DNA of 59,474 nucleotides from Candidatus Binatia bacterium (lineage in GTDB: Bacteria > Desulfobacterota > Binatia > Bin18): contig JAJDZM010000225.1 of assembly GCA_022824615.1 (NCBI GenBank), positions 1 through 59,474 on the forward strand, given 5' to 3'. Shown piece by piece: positions 28,630-37,958 of this stretch. The position numbers were made by a program, and so were the translations under genes. The notes beneath the pieces were generated by a model. That model was not told where the DNA came from. It saw only the letters and a list, made by a program, of their open reading frames with translations, and searched no databases. The first letter of the stretch is position 1, and every line of letters starts with the position of its first letter.

Positions 28630-29131
28630 TGCAAGCGAGTGTATCGAACGCATACGCTCAAGCATCTCCCCAGGTGAGTTTGGTTACAAAATCCAAGCTC
28701 TTGCCGCGCATATCTTATTACGTCTCGGCTATCGGATAGAGGCGGTCAACCGCGCAGGTCATCCAGATATCGTCGCTATCGGAGGAGGAAGGGAGTTCCG
28801 ATTTGAGGTGGAGGCCGAAGCATTCGGGCCGCGTCCTCGTCAGTTGACCGCCGCCGACTTCGCCTCGCTGATTGAAACTCCCAACATAGTCGGCTACTAC
28901 GCGCTGGCAATTAGTTGTCCTAAGCCTTACTGGGTACTGGTGCCAGCCTCGATACTTGCTTGCAGAACACGGCCTGCCCCAAACATTCTGCTGGAAGCCC
29001 TCAGTGATAAAGAATACTCGGCGGAATGGACACGCGAGTACGTCGGACTGCTTCAGGAGGCGTGCCGTCAAGTCAGACTGGCATCGTTCAGCGACCTATG
29101 CGAAATGGCGTTAGAAGGGCACGGGCTATGA
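28610..29131 (+). CDS. PD-(D/E)XK-like restriction endonuclease-fold protein
   Basis: LLRLGY...GHPDIVA...FEVEAE; overlaps both neighbours. Confidence 0.6.
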   Translation: MSRARPDASECIERIRSSISPGEFGYKIQALAAHILLRLGYRIEAVNRAGHPDIVAIGGGREFRFEVEAEAFGPRPRQLTAADFASLIETPNIVGYYALAISCPKPYWVLVPASILACRTRPAPNILLEALSDKEYSAEWTREYVGLLQEACRQVRLASFSDLCEMALEGHGL

Positions 29132-30090
29132 GATGTGAAGGTGGAGTTCTGAATAAACCAAAGAACCAACACTTATATGTTCCAAAATCCATCATAAAGA
29201 ATTTCGTTGATCCATTAGCCAGTCAGAAGAAGGTTTTCAGCGCTCGTAAAGATCGACCTAACAAGGTAAGAAATTGCTCGCCTAAAAAAGTATTCACTGA
29301 AGGCGATGTATTTACGTTACATAACGAGAGACCGGAGAATCGTTATAGAGTAGAGACCTATATCAGTAGAGTGGAGAATGGCTTTGCTGCCGTCTATCAT
29401 AAGAAGATACGTCCGGCTGTTAAAAGACAAGAATGTCCCGCTCTATCTGCGAACGACCTCGGAGCGGTCATTTTGTTCTTCGCCTTGCAAGCTAGGCGAT
29501 CCCTTGCAGGGAGAGGTGCGGCAGAAGACTACATACACTCTGACGAAGCCGTCAATGACTTGACCGATGATTTTATTAGATATGAGAGAAAAAGGTATAT
29601 TGGCTATGGCAACATAGTCTTGCCTGGCACATATAATAATGTTCGTAGCTGTATTGCTCTAGGTCTCAAAAGAGTTGACGTAAAAGAAATGTCCGCAAAG
29701 GCAATGCTTGCGCAGGAAGATAGAACTCACCCTAACTCATTGAGCCATGAGCTCTGTAGAAGGGGATTGACTATAGGAGTGATTAAAAATCCTACGCCCA
29801 AGAATAGCTTTGTCCTTGGGAATAATCCCATTATAGAGGCAGGCAGTGGAGGCTCTTCTAATCTGAAGACAAACCCGGAAGCGGAACGTATACTTCCCAT
29901 CGCGCCCGACGTAGGAATATCCTTGGTAGGCCCTACAGGATCAGTAAGTCTGATCTCACTTGAGGACATAAGCCACATCGAAGAATTAAACTTAGCTGTG
30001 ACCAAACAGAGTACCGAAATTGTCGCTAACAACAGAGAATTATTGGAAAGCTTGGGACGTAGTATGTGGTGGGAGCGAGTAGCAAAATAG
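29128..30090 (+). CDS. DUF4238-like protein
   Basis: N-terminal QHLYVPKSIIKNF, ETYISRVEN, FVLGNNP and LPIAPD patterns; ATGA overlap with the upstream stop; low GC. Confidence 0.7.
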   Translation: MRCEGGVLNKPKNQHLYVPKSIIKNFVDPLASQKKVFSARKDRPNKVRNCSPKKVFTEGDVFTLHNERPENRYRVETYISRVENGFAAVYHKKIRPAVKRQECPALSANDLGAVILFFALQARRSLAGRGAAEDYIHSDEAVNDLTDDFIRYERKRYIGYGNIVLPGTYNNVRSCIALGLKRVDVKEMSAKAMLAQEDRTHPNSLSHELCRRGLTIGVIKNPTPKNSFVLGNNPIIEAGSGGSSNLKTNPEAERILPIAPDVGISLVGPTGSVSLISLEDISHIEELNLAVTKQSTEIVANNRELLESLGRSMWWERVAK

Positions 30091-30149
30091 CGGCTGATAA
30101 AAACTTCCCTTTACCAATGAGAGCCCGGTCGAGCCAGACTGCGTGGGTC

Positions 30150-31187
30150 TTACCGACAGTGCGGAAGGACTTCCCTGGCAAAGCGTTCCATCGAGCGTTT
30201 GACAATGGCGTGATCGACCAGCCCGCCCTGGTTGAAATAGCCAATAAACTCGGTCATGGGAAATTCCTGCTTGAAGTGCCGAATGCGTTCGATGCAGTAA
30301 TCCGGGGCGCCAAAGGCGCCCATCTTGTTGTCCAACCCCTCGTAGTTAACCCGCTCCAATCGCTCCACTATCTGTTGAAAGGCTTCGTAGCTTTTGATGG
30401 TGGTCTTGCCGAGCGGACGGAGCCGTTCTCCTGCGGCACGAAAAAAATTCATCAGGCTCGGTTCGTATTCCTCCCGGGCTTTGGCCCGGCTGTCGGCAAC
30501 GTGGACGGGAAACATCAGCGCGACATCGGGCCGGACCCCAGGGTTCAGATTACGCTGATACTCCGCGATATAGTCGCGCAGTTTATCGGGTGGGTTAATC
30601 AACGGAGAAGCAAAGATCGACAGGCCGAGCTGCCCGGCTAAAGCAAAGGTGTCCGGGCTGTTTGCCGCCATGCGTATCGGAGGGTAGGGCTGCTGAATGG
30701 GACGCGGCACGACCGGCAGATCCTCGGCCTGGAAGTATTTACCCTGATAGGACAGACGGTCCGTTGTCCAGGCGGTGCGAATCACGTCGAGGGCTTCCGC
30801 AAAGCGCTCCCGACTCTCTTCCATAGGCACGTTATAACCTTGGTAATGCACCGGCGCGGTGCCGCGTCCGACGCCGAACTCCAGCCGTCCGCCGCTCAGA
30901 ATATCGGCGGTGGCCGCTTCTTCCGCCATTTTCATTGGGCTGTGCAGCGGCAGCAGGGTGACGGCGGTGCCCAGACGGATGCGCTCGGTATGCTGGGCCG
31001 CGGTTGCCAGCACCATCAGTGGCGAGGCCATAATCGAGGTGCTCGGCCCAAAGTGCAGTTCGCCCAGCCAGACGGTATCAAAGCCGACTTCGTCGCCCAG
31101 GCGAATCTGGGCCAGAATATCGTGGTAGCGCTGGCGCTCTGACTGCGTGGGCGCGCACGGCAACTGATCGAAAAACCCAAAGCGCAT
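30150..31187 (-). CDS. LLM class flavin-dependent oxidoreductase
   Basis: MRFGFF, GFDTVWLGELHF and AEEAATADILSGGRLEFGVGRG motifs. Confidence 0.9.
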   Translation of the reverse strand: MRFGFFDQLPCAPTQSERQRYHDILAQIRLGDEVGFDTVWLGELHFGPSTSIMASPLMVLATAAQHTERIRLGTAVTLLPLHSPMKMAEEAATADILSGGRLEFGVGRGTAPVHYQGYNVPMEESRERFAEALDVIRTAWTTDRLSYQGKYFQAEDLPVVPRPIQQPYPPIRMAANSPDTFALAGQLGLSIFASPLINPPDKLRDYIAEYQRNLNPGVRPDVALMFPVHVADSRAKAREEYEPSLMNFFRAAGERLRPLGKTTIKSYEAFQQIVERLERVNYEGLDNKMGAFGAPDYCIERIRHFKQEFPMTEFIGYFNQGGLVDHAIVKRSMERFAREVLPHCR

Positions 31188-31227
31188 GAATCCCTCCTTA
31201 TTTGCTTGGGCGTATCGTTCGCTCTTT

Positions 31228-31977
31228 TTAGCGGGCGGTATATCCTCCGTCGATAACCAATTCTGCGCCGGTCACATACGAGGACTCATCCGAAGCAAGA
31301 TAGAGCACGCCATACGCGACTTCTGCGGCTGTGCCGTCCCTGCCCAGAGGAGTGAGCCGCAAGAGCATCTCCCGTCGTTCCGGGGCCAGCGGGGCAGTCA
31401 TTGGAGTTTCGATACGACCGGGATGAACAGAGTTGACCCGAATCTTGTCCGGCGCATACTGGACCGCGGCGTTCTTCGTGAGAAGCCGGACCGCGCCCTT
31501 GCTGGCTTGATAGGCCGGGATATTAGGCAGGCCGATCAGGCCGGCAATAGACGAAATATTCACAATAGAGCCACCACCGGCCCGACGCATGGCCGGAACC
31601 GCGTGTTTCATGCCGAGAAAGACCCCGGTTTGATTCACGCCGATTACTTCATTCCAGGCTTCGAGGCTGGTTTCATCGAGCGGCGCCATGCGGACAATAC
31701 CGGCATTGTTGACTAAAATATCCAGCCTGCCGTAGGTCTGTTCGGCAGTCTCAACGGCCCGTTGCCAGTCTTGTTCGTGTGTAACATCAAGCGGGACAAA
31801 TGTGGCGCTTCCGCCCTGTTGAGTGATGTTCTCGACCGCAGATCGACCTTGATCTTCAAGGATATCGCCCAAGACGACCTGCGCTCCCTCACGTGCGAAT
31901 AAACATGCTTCGCTCTCGCCCATACCACGGGCAGCACCGGAGATAAGGGCAACTTTTCCAGAGAGTCGTCCCGCCAT
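31228..31977 (-). CDS. Short-chain dehydrogenase/reductase
   Basis: SGAARGMG, NNAG, YQASK and NSVHPG motifs. Confidence 0.93.
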   Translation of the reverse strand: MAGRLSGKVALISGAARGMGESEACLFAREGAQVVLGDILEDQGRSAVENITQQGGSATFVPLDVTHEQDWQRAVETAEQTYGRLDILVNNAGIVRMAPLDETSLEAWNEVIGVNQTGVFLGMKHAVPAMRRAGGGSIVNISSIAGLIGLPNIPAYQASKGAVRLLTKNAAVQYAPDKIRVNSVHPGRIETPMTAPLAPERREMLLRLTPLGRDGTAAEVAYGVLYLASDESSYVTGAELVIDGGYTAR

Positions 31978-31990
31978 CTATCGTTTTCCC

Positions 31991-32407
31991 TTAGGACGTA
32001 TGGGGCCGTGACTCGTGGTAGTGGATGACTTTCCAGGCCGCGTCTGTGCGCCGCAGGATAAAGGTGTCGCGTCCACCGGTCACAAAGGGTTCGGACAGTC
32101 GCCTGAGATCGGCCTCAAAGTGGAAATTGCAAAACGCGTAGGCCGTATCGCCGAACACGTCGATGGTGATGTCGCTCAGTTGCATGGCCCCAACGCGGAT
32201 GACCGACTCTGCGGCATGGCGAAAGTACGCCTCGACTTCGGCCCAGCCTCGGATCGGCTGGGCGCGCTCCTCGGGAATATAGAGGATATGTTCATAGTCG
32301 GGGTCCCAGATGCTTTTGAGCCCTTCCCAGTCCATGGCTTCCCAGCTTTTGGAATAACGCTCAAGAACAGCCTCGATCTGCTGTGTGTCCTGTTCCGTGG
32401 TCGGCAT
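31991..32407 (-). CDS. SnoaL/NTF2-like protein
   Basis: GDTAYA...RDTFILRR...WKVIHYHES; start at ATG 32407. Confidence 0.8.
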   Translation of the reverse strand: MPTTEQDTQQIEAVLERYSKSWEAMDWEGLKSIWDPDYEHILYIPEERAQPIRGWAEVEAYFRHAAESVIRVGAMQLSDITIDVFGDTAYAFCNFHFEADLRRLSEPFVTGGRDTFILRRTDAAWKVIHYHESRPHTS

Positions 32408-32417
32408 AGGTGGGTCC

Positions 32418-33218
32418 TCATCCGAGCTGGGTAACAAAGGTCTCCAGGGTCTGGTTGAACGCCAGCGGCTGCTCAATCTGGTACATATGGGCAACGTCGG
32501 TGACGATCTGCAAGTCCGCATTCGGCATGTGTTCGGCCAGAATCCGGTTGGCTTCAACCGGCGTGGCCTCATCTTCTTCGCCCACTACGATCAGCGTGGG
32601 CTGAGTAATCTCCGTGAGCCTGGGCGTAATATCCCAATTCCATACGCCGTCGGGGTGTTCGACCAAGGCGCAGGCCACGCGTCGCGGAAAGGCGACAGGA
32701 TCGAGCAGGTTGTTTTTGAGCAAACTACAGACCTCGGGCCGCTCGCGCCGCGTTCGCTGGGAAAAACAGCGCCGCACAAACTCGTCGGTCATCTCTTCGT
32801 ATTTGGTCCGCAGGTCTCTCAGCAGATCGGTCGAATCCACAAACCGGGTCAGATTCGTCGCGCTGCTGATAATCAGATTGCCGGCGACGAGGTCCGGGTT
32901 GTCCAGGCATATCTGCATGGCCCGCATGCCGCCCATGGAATTGCCAACCAGAATCGCACGGTCAAGGCCCAAAGCGGCCAGCACGGCGGCATCGTCGGCC
33001 GCCATCTCCTGAATGGAATACCCGCTCAGCGGCTTGCTCGAACGTCCGTGGCCCCGGGCTTCGATCACAATACAGCGATAGCGGTGGGCCAGGAGCGGGA
33101 CCTGATAGGTCCATATCCAGGCGTTGCAGGAATACCCGTGCAGAAAAACGAGCGGCCGACCCTGCCCATAATCGTCGTAATGCACGCGAATCCCGTGCTC
33201 CCTTTCAACGAATGGCAT
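32418..33218 (-). CDS. Alpha/beta fold hydrolase
   Basis: FLHG, RGHGRS, GNSMGG, GEEDEATP and AHM motifs. Confidence 0.9.
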   Translation of the reverse strand: MPFVEREHGIRVHYDDYGQGRPLVFLHGYSCNAWIWTYQVPLLAHRYRCIVIEARGHGRSSKPLSGYSIQEMAADDAAVLAALGLDRAILVGNSMGGMRAMQICLDNPDLVAGNLIISSATNLTRFVDSTDLLRDLRTKYEEMTDEFVRRCFSQRTRRERPEVCSLLKNNLLDPVAFPRRVACALVEHPDGVWNWDITPRLTEITQPTLIVVGEEDEATPVEANRILAEHMPNADLQIVTDVAHMYQIEQPLAFNQTLETFVTQLG

Positions 33219-33239
33219 GGACGCTCCTCTGCTCTTTGT

Positions 33240-33710
33240 CTACTGGCCGAGAAAGGGGGTTTTCACCCAGCCGTCGCCGTACGGGGTAAAGAAGAAGGGC
33301 GTCACGCTGAGGTGTTTGAATTTCCACTCGCCGTCCCGCTTCTCATAGCGCTCTTCGTAGCGACCGGTCAGCCAGGCGGCCTGGTTGCCCTCGGCCAGGG
33401 TGCAGGGCTGAAACAGGTACCACTGGCCCGTGGCGGTGTCTGCGTCTACCTCAATAATGGGGTTCATGACGTTGTGGACCGCAAAAGGAAAGATTTCAGC
33501 CGCACCCTGAAAGAAGGTGCGGATGGCCTCACGGCCTTCGTGCTTGCCAAATTTTCCGCCATCCCAGACCGCGTCCTCGGTAAACAGTTCGGCAATACCG
33601 TCCGCGTCGTACTGATTGTCGCAGAAGGCACAGTAGCGAGCTTTGAGCTTTTTGATGGCTTCAATGCTCTCCAGGGTTTGAATGCGTTGAGCAATATCGT
33701 CAGCGTTCAT
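33240..33710 (-). CDS. SnoaL-like (LinA/BaiE-like) NTF2 protein
   Basis: AIKKLKARYCAFCD, LFTEDAVW, H...NPII and GRYEERY..RDGEWKF motifs. Confidence 0.85.
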   Translation of the reverse strand: MNADDIAQRIQTLESIEAIKKLKARYCAFCDNQYDADGIAELFTEDAVWDGGKFGKHEGREAIRTFFQGAAEIFPFAVHNVMNPIIEVDADTATGQWYLFQPCTLAEGNQAAWLTGRYEERYEKRDGEWKFKHLSVTPFFFTPYGDGWVKTPFLGQ

Positions 33711-33734
33711 ATTTTCTCCCTCCTTGGTGAGATA

Positions 33735-36005
33735 TTATTGTCCTGTTGTTGAAGACCCGGAAGGTGTGGCCTGCCCCGTCTTGACCAGACGGCACGGTAG
33801 ACCGCGCAGCAGCCAAGTGCCCATCATGGGGTCGCACTGCGCCGGGTCATCATCGGTACACATATTGATATTCGTTTCCCACAGGCCGTACAGCTCCGGG
33901 GCCTGTCCCGGGCGCTCGGGATACCACCAGCGGTCGGCCTGGACGACGCGTGGATGGAGCGTTTTATTCAAACGGGCGACGTGTCGCACGCTACCGATTG
34001 GGGTCTCGATGGCGACCCACGTCCCGTCCTCAATACCGAGTTCCGCCGCGGCGTGCGGGTGAAGCTGGACCACCGGGTGGGGATATTTCTTGCGGAACCA
34101 CGGCATCTGGTGGCTGTTCTGGTGAAAGCCTTCGATGACCCGCCCTCCGGTTGTCAGCACCAGCGGATAGTCGGCGGACCAGCGTGTAAAGATTTCCGGT
34201 TCCTCGTAGACGGGCAGGGCCGGGTAGTCGAGTTCGGTCAGGATGGCCGAGCGTAACTCCACCCGCCCGGATGGGGTCCCAAAGCGCGGTTCATTGTCCT
34301 GGGCCGACCGGCCAGTGAATTTTCCGTAGCGCGGCGTGGCGGACATCCACGGCCCGCTCTGCTGAGCAAGGGTGTGAAAGCTGAGGCCGGCCGGTTGCAG
34401 GCAGGTGTCCCAGAACTCCTCAACGGTTTCCGGCCAGTCGGTCTCCTGACCCAGCCGCCGCCCGAGGTCTCTCCACAGCTCATAATCGTTCCGGTGACCC
34501 TGCTCGGGCTCAATGGCCGCGTGGCTCGCCGCGGCGTAATCGCCGGCGGTACCCATATAGCCCAGGCCGGTGGAGAAGGACGGCTTTTCGAGCCAGTGGC
34601 TGGCCGGCAGGACGTAGTCGGCCAACTGCGCGGTCGGAGACAGAAACAGGTCGTGGACCACCAACAGTTCCAGGTTGGCACTCCGTAGCGCCTGTTCGAC
34701 CCGCCTGGCATTGCCACTCCCACCCAGCGGATTATGGTGCTGGACAAACAGCCCCTTGACCGGATACGGCTCGCCCTGGGTAATCGCCTGCCACAGGCTG
34801 GGCTCATGGGCCGAAGCCGTCCAACTCAGCAGGTGGTGCTTGCCGTGCCAGGCCGGCGCCATGGCCGCATCAAGCTGCTTATACCCGTCGCCCAGCAGAC
34901 GAAAGCGATCGATCCCCAGTCGCTTGCGCCACTGTTCTTCGGGCAGGCGGTCCATCAGCATCACGTCCCCGTTTGCCACGACCTGCCGGGGAGGGCCGGA
35001 CAGGGAGTGGCCACCCTCGCGATCCAGATTGCCGCTAATGGCCACCAGACAAGCAATTGCCCGCGCAGCCTGGAGGCTCGCCGGGCCGAGCTGGCACACC
35101 CCGTTGCCGCTATTGATAATGCCCGGTCGGCTACGGGCAAACAGCCGCGCCGCTTTGACCAGGAGTTCTTTCGGGACCCAGGTGAGTTCGGCGGCCCGTT
35201 GCGGCGAGTAGGCAGCCACGTGCTGCTGCAAGGCGTCGAACCCAGTGGCGTACTGCTCGACAAACTCCCGGTCGTGCAGACCCTCTTCAATAAGAACCGA
35301 GAGCCAGCCCAAGGCTAAGGCGCCATCCGCTCCAGGGCGGAGCTGCAACCACAGATCGGCCTGCTTTGCTTCGGTGGTATAGTGGGGATCAACCACAATG
35401 AGTGTAGCCCCCTGGCGGTGGGCTTTGACGATCTGTTTCCACAGGAGGGGCACCGAAGCACTCGGCCGCATCCCCCACAGCACTATGCATTTCGTCAGGC
35501 CGGGGACGGGAGAGGTGTGCGCGGTCGGGCCATAGCCATAGGTCAGTGCCTCGGCCATGGTCGTTGGGCCGGAGCAGATTTTATCCTGTCCGGCGCTGTT
35601 GGGGCTGCCGAAAAGGTTCAGAAAGCGCTCGCCAAGGCCCCAGTCCGCGCCATGAAACGTGCCGAAGGTGACGGCAACACTCTCAGGGCCGTGCTGGTGC
35701 TTCAGGGTTTTGAGCCGTGCGGCAATATCGTCCAGGGCTTCGTCCCAGCTGACCTGCTGCCAGGCCCCCTCGCCCCGTTGCCCGGTGCGTTTGAGTGGCC
35801 AGTGGACGCGCCCCTCCTGGTAATGCAATTCAGCAGCCCGGCGACCCTTAATACAGACAAACCCCTGACTGATCGGATGCTCTGCGTCGCCGCTGATGTG
35901 GGTGATTCGTCCCTGCTCCACATGGGCGAGCACGCCACACTGCTGAGAACAGCTACAACATATAACGGGCCTGACGGCTGTCTGCTCTTGGGTGGAATGA
36001 GTCAT
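33735..36005 (-). CDS. Bis-MGD molybdopterin oxidoreductase (acetylene-hydratase-like clade)
   Basis: N-terminal CxxCxxxC...C 4Fe-4S motif, putative Cys ligand in DKICSGP, ADYVLPA, TPSGRVEL and RWWYPE; no Tat signal; start at ATG 36005. Confidence 0.85.
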   Translation of the reverse strand: MTHSTQEQTAVRPVICCSCSQQCGVLAHVEQGRITHISGDAEHPISQGFVCIKGRRAAELHYQEGRVHWPLKRTGQRGEGAWQQVSWDEALDDIAARLKTLKHQHGPESVAVTFGTFHGADWGLGERFLNLFGSPNSAGQDKICSGPTTMAEALTYGYGPTAHTSPVPGLTKCIVLWGMRPSASVPLLWKQIVKAHRQGATLIVVDPHYTTEAKQADLWLQLRPGADGALALGWLSVLIEEGLHDREFVEQYATGFDALQQHVAAYSPQRAAELTWVPKELLVKAARLFARSRPGIINSGNGVCQLGPASLQAARAIACLVAISGNLDREGGHSLSGPPRQVVANGDVMLMDRLPEEQWRKRLGIDRFRLLGDGYKQLDAAMAPAWHGKHHLLSWTASAHEPSLWQAITQGEPYPVKGLFVQHHNPLGGSGNARRVEQALRSANLELLVVHDLFLSPTAQLADYVLPASHWLEKPSFSTGLGYMGTAGDYAAASHAAIEPEQGHRNDYELWRDLGRRLGQETDWPETVEEFWDTCLQPAGLSFHTLAQQSGPWMSATPRYGKFTGRSAQDNEPRFGTPSGRVELRSAILTELDYPALPVYEEPEIFTRWSADYPLVLTTGGRVIEGFHQNSHQMPWFRKKYPHPVVQLHPHAAAELGIEDGTWVAIETPIGSVRHVARLNKTLHPRVVQADRWWYPERPGQAPELYGLWETNINMCTDDDPAQCDPMMGTWLLRGLPCRLVKTGQATPSGSSTTGQ

Positions 36006-36172
36006 GGCGCGCCTTTCACGCAAAGAATATGAAATCGCTCTAGTCCATCTCAGACCGAGTGTCAATGAAAAAATGGTTTCAGAAATTCGAGACCGTAAGT
36101 AAAGAGGATGTCTTGCCAACAAGAGGGAAAAGGGCGTAGAGAGGAAAACGGCTATAGAGAAGGGAGGCGTCG

Positions 36173-37270
36173 GTGAAATTCGGAATTTTCTCTACCGTGA
36201 CAAAGGCTGACGAGCGCAGTGTGCAGCGGCTCTTCCAAGAAAACCTGGAACAGGTCGTGTACGCCGAACAACTCGGCTATGACAGCTTCTGGTTTGCAGA
36301 ACACCACTTTTCTACCTACAGCATGATTGCCTCGCCCAACCTGATGGTGGCCTCGGCCGCTCAGCGGACCAGCCGCATCAAGCTTGGCCCGGCGGTGAAT
36401 GTCCTGCCGTTCCACCACCCGATTCGTCTGGCCGAAGAAGGGGCCATGCTGGATATGATGAGTGCGGGCCGTTTGCTGTGGGGCGTAGGCCGGGGCATCC
36501 AGCCCGGAGAATTTATCCCTTGGCAGGTGGACCATAACCAGAGCCGTGAGATTTTTGACGAAACCCATGAAGCCGTCATCCGTGCCTGGACGCAGCCCAC
36601 ATTTTCTTACCGCGGCCGGTTTATTGATATTCCTGAGACGACCCTGGAACTCCGACCGGTCCAAAAACCCCATCCTCCGGTCTGGACCGCGGGTCTGTCC
36701 GAACCGTCTGTCCGCTGGGCGGCGAAGCAGAACTATCCGTGTATGGAAGTGTATACCCTACTCCCGACCATGCAGCAGCATTGGGAGATATACAAGGAGG
36801 AAAATGCCCGGCATGGCCATCAGATTGATCACGTTGGTCTGGTGCCGACACGTCACGTATATCTGGCCGCTACGGATGAGCAGGCAAAAGCGGAAGTCTT
36901 ACCCACGCTCGCCACCCGTTGGCAGCAGCTCCTCAAGCTCGCAAAACCGGCTGAAATGGCCCAGTCGTCTTCCTACGCCTATCTCAAGGGAACATTTGAT
37001 GCCGCGGCCAGAGGCGACCTGACCGAACTCATGGACCTGGGTATGCTCCTAATCGGCAGCCCGGAAACCTGTGTTCGGCTGATTAAGCGCCATCAGGAGT
37101 TTTTGCCCGACCTCCAATACATGATTCTCTTTTTTGCCTACGGCAGCCTCAGTCAGGCGCAAATCCGGAACTCGATGCGGCTGTTTGCCGAGGAGGTCAT
37201 GCCGGAGTTTCCAGAGGCCGAAGCCCACATTCCGATGGTCAACGGACAGCGTGTACAGGAGAGGATATGA
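36173..37270 (+). CDS. LLM class flavin-dependent oxidoreductase
   Basis: MKFGIF, GYDSFWFAEHHF and PIRLAEEGAMLD motifs. Confidence 0.9.
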   Translation: MKFGIFSTVTKADERSVQRLFQENLEQVVYAEQLGYDSFWFAEHHFSTYSMIASPNLMVASAAQRTSRIKLGPAVNVLPFHHPIRLAEEGAMLDMMSAGRLLWGVGRGIQPGEFIPWQVDHNQSREIFDETHEAVIRAWTQPTFSYRGRFIDIPETTLELRPVQKPHPPVWTAGLSEPSVRWAAKQNYPCMEVYTLLPTMQQHWEIYKEENARHGHQIDHVGLVPTRHVYLAATDEQAKAEVLPTLATRWQQLLKLAKPAEMAQSSSYAYLKGTFDAAARGDLTELMDLGMLLIGSPETCVRLIKRHQEFLPDLQYMILFFAYGSLSQAQIRNSMRLFAEEVMPEFPEAEAHIPMVNGQRVQERI

Positions 37271-37947
37271 CCACCGCCGCTCAAGAAGCCTGGTTTGGGA
37301 AGCCGCTTGTGCCGGGCAAAAAGCCGATCAAGAAAAATCTGTTTGAGGAAGTCATGCACGCTACCGGAACCCTGGAACTCGTGCCAGTTTTTCCCTATCT
37401 CGACGATGGGGCGATCGTGCCGTGCCTGAGCGTCTCGATCGGTGGGCCGAACGCCAGAAAATTCCAGTTTTTTCACGAGAATGTCGTGCCTGAAGTGCTG
37501 CTCTGTCTCGCGGGCGAAGACAGCGCACTCCAGGCGGGCCAGATGATGGTGCTGCCCGATATGCACGGGGTGAATAATTTCTTGAAAGACCTGGCGAACG
37601 AACACGCCTACATGGTTGTCCTGATTACCATTCGCATGAACTCCCAGGACAATCAAAACGAGGGATTTGTGATCCGGTGCGAGCAGTGCAACGAGGTCGT
37701 CTATCGGCGCGAGACCAATATCAAGCGCGGACCGGAGCGTCCGTATTACCCGGAGTTCTATGCACTTGGTTTCTATGCCGATGCGGTTGATGAGTTCAAC
37801 GCCTCGGCTCGAGTGTGTCCTAAGTGCGGTCATGTGCAGGCACCCTTTCCTGCTGAGCAGGTTGGCTGGCGACGCTACGCTCAGCAGGTTGCGGTTGCCA
37901 ACCGTGCCCGGACAGCCAGCGAGCAGCGCGCCGCGCGCGACGGGTAG
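37267..37947 (+). CDS. 3-hydroxyanthranilate 3,4-dioxygenase-like cupin with rubredoxin-type Cys4 site (metal ligands retained)
   Basis: GGPNAR.FQFFHENVVPE (H-x5-E), a later His, and CEQC...FN....RVCPKCG. Confidence 0.6.
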   Translation: MTTAAQEAWFGKPLVPGKKPIKKNLFEEVMHATGTLELVPVFPYLDDGAIVPCLSVSIGGPNARKFQFFHENVVPEVLLCLAGEDSALQAGQMMVLPDMHGVNNFLKDLANEHAYMVVLITIRMNSQDNQNEGFVIRCEQCNEVVYRRETNIKRGPERPYYPEFYALGFYADAVDEFNASARVCPKCGHVQAPFPAEQVGWRRYAQQVAVANRARTASEQRAARDG

Positions 37948-37958
37948 GGGGAGCGGTT

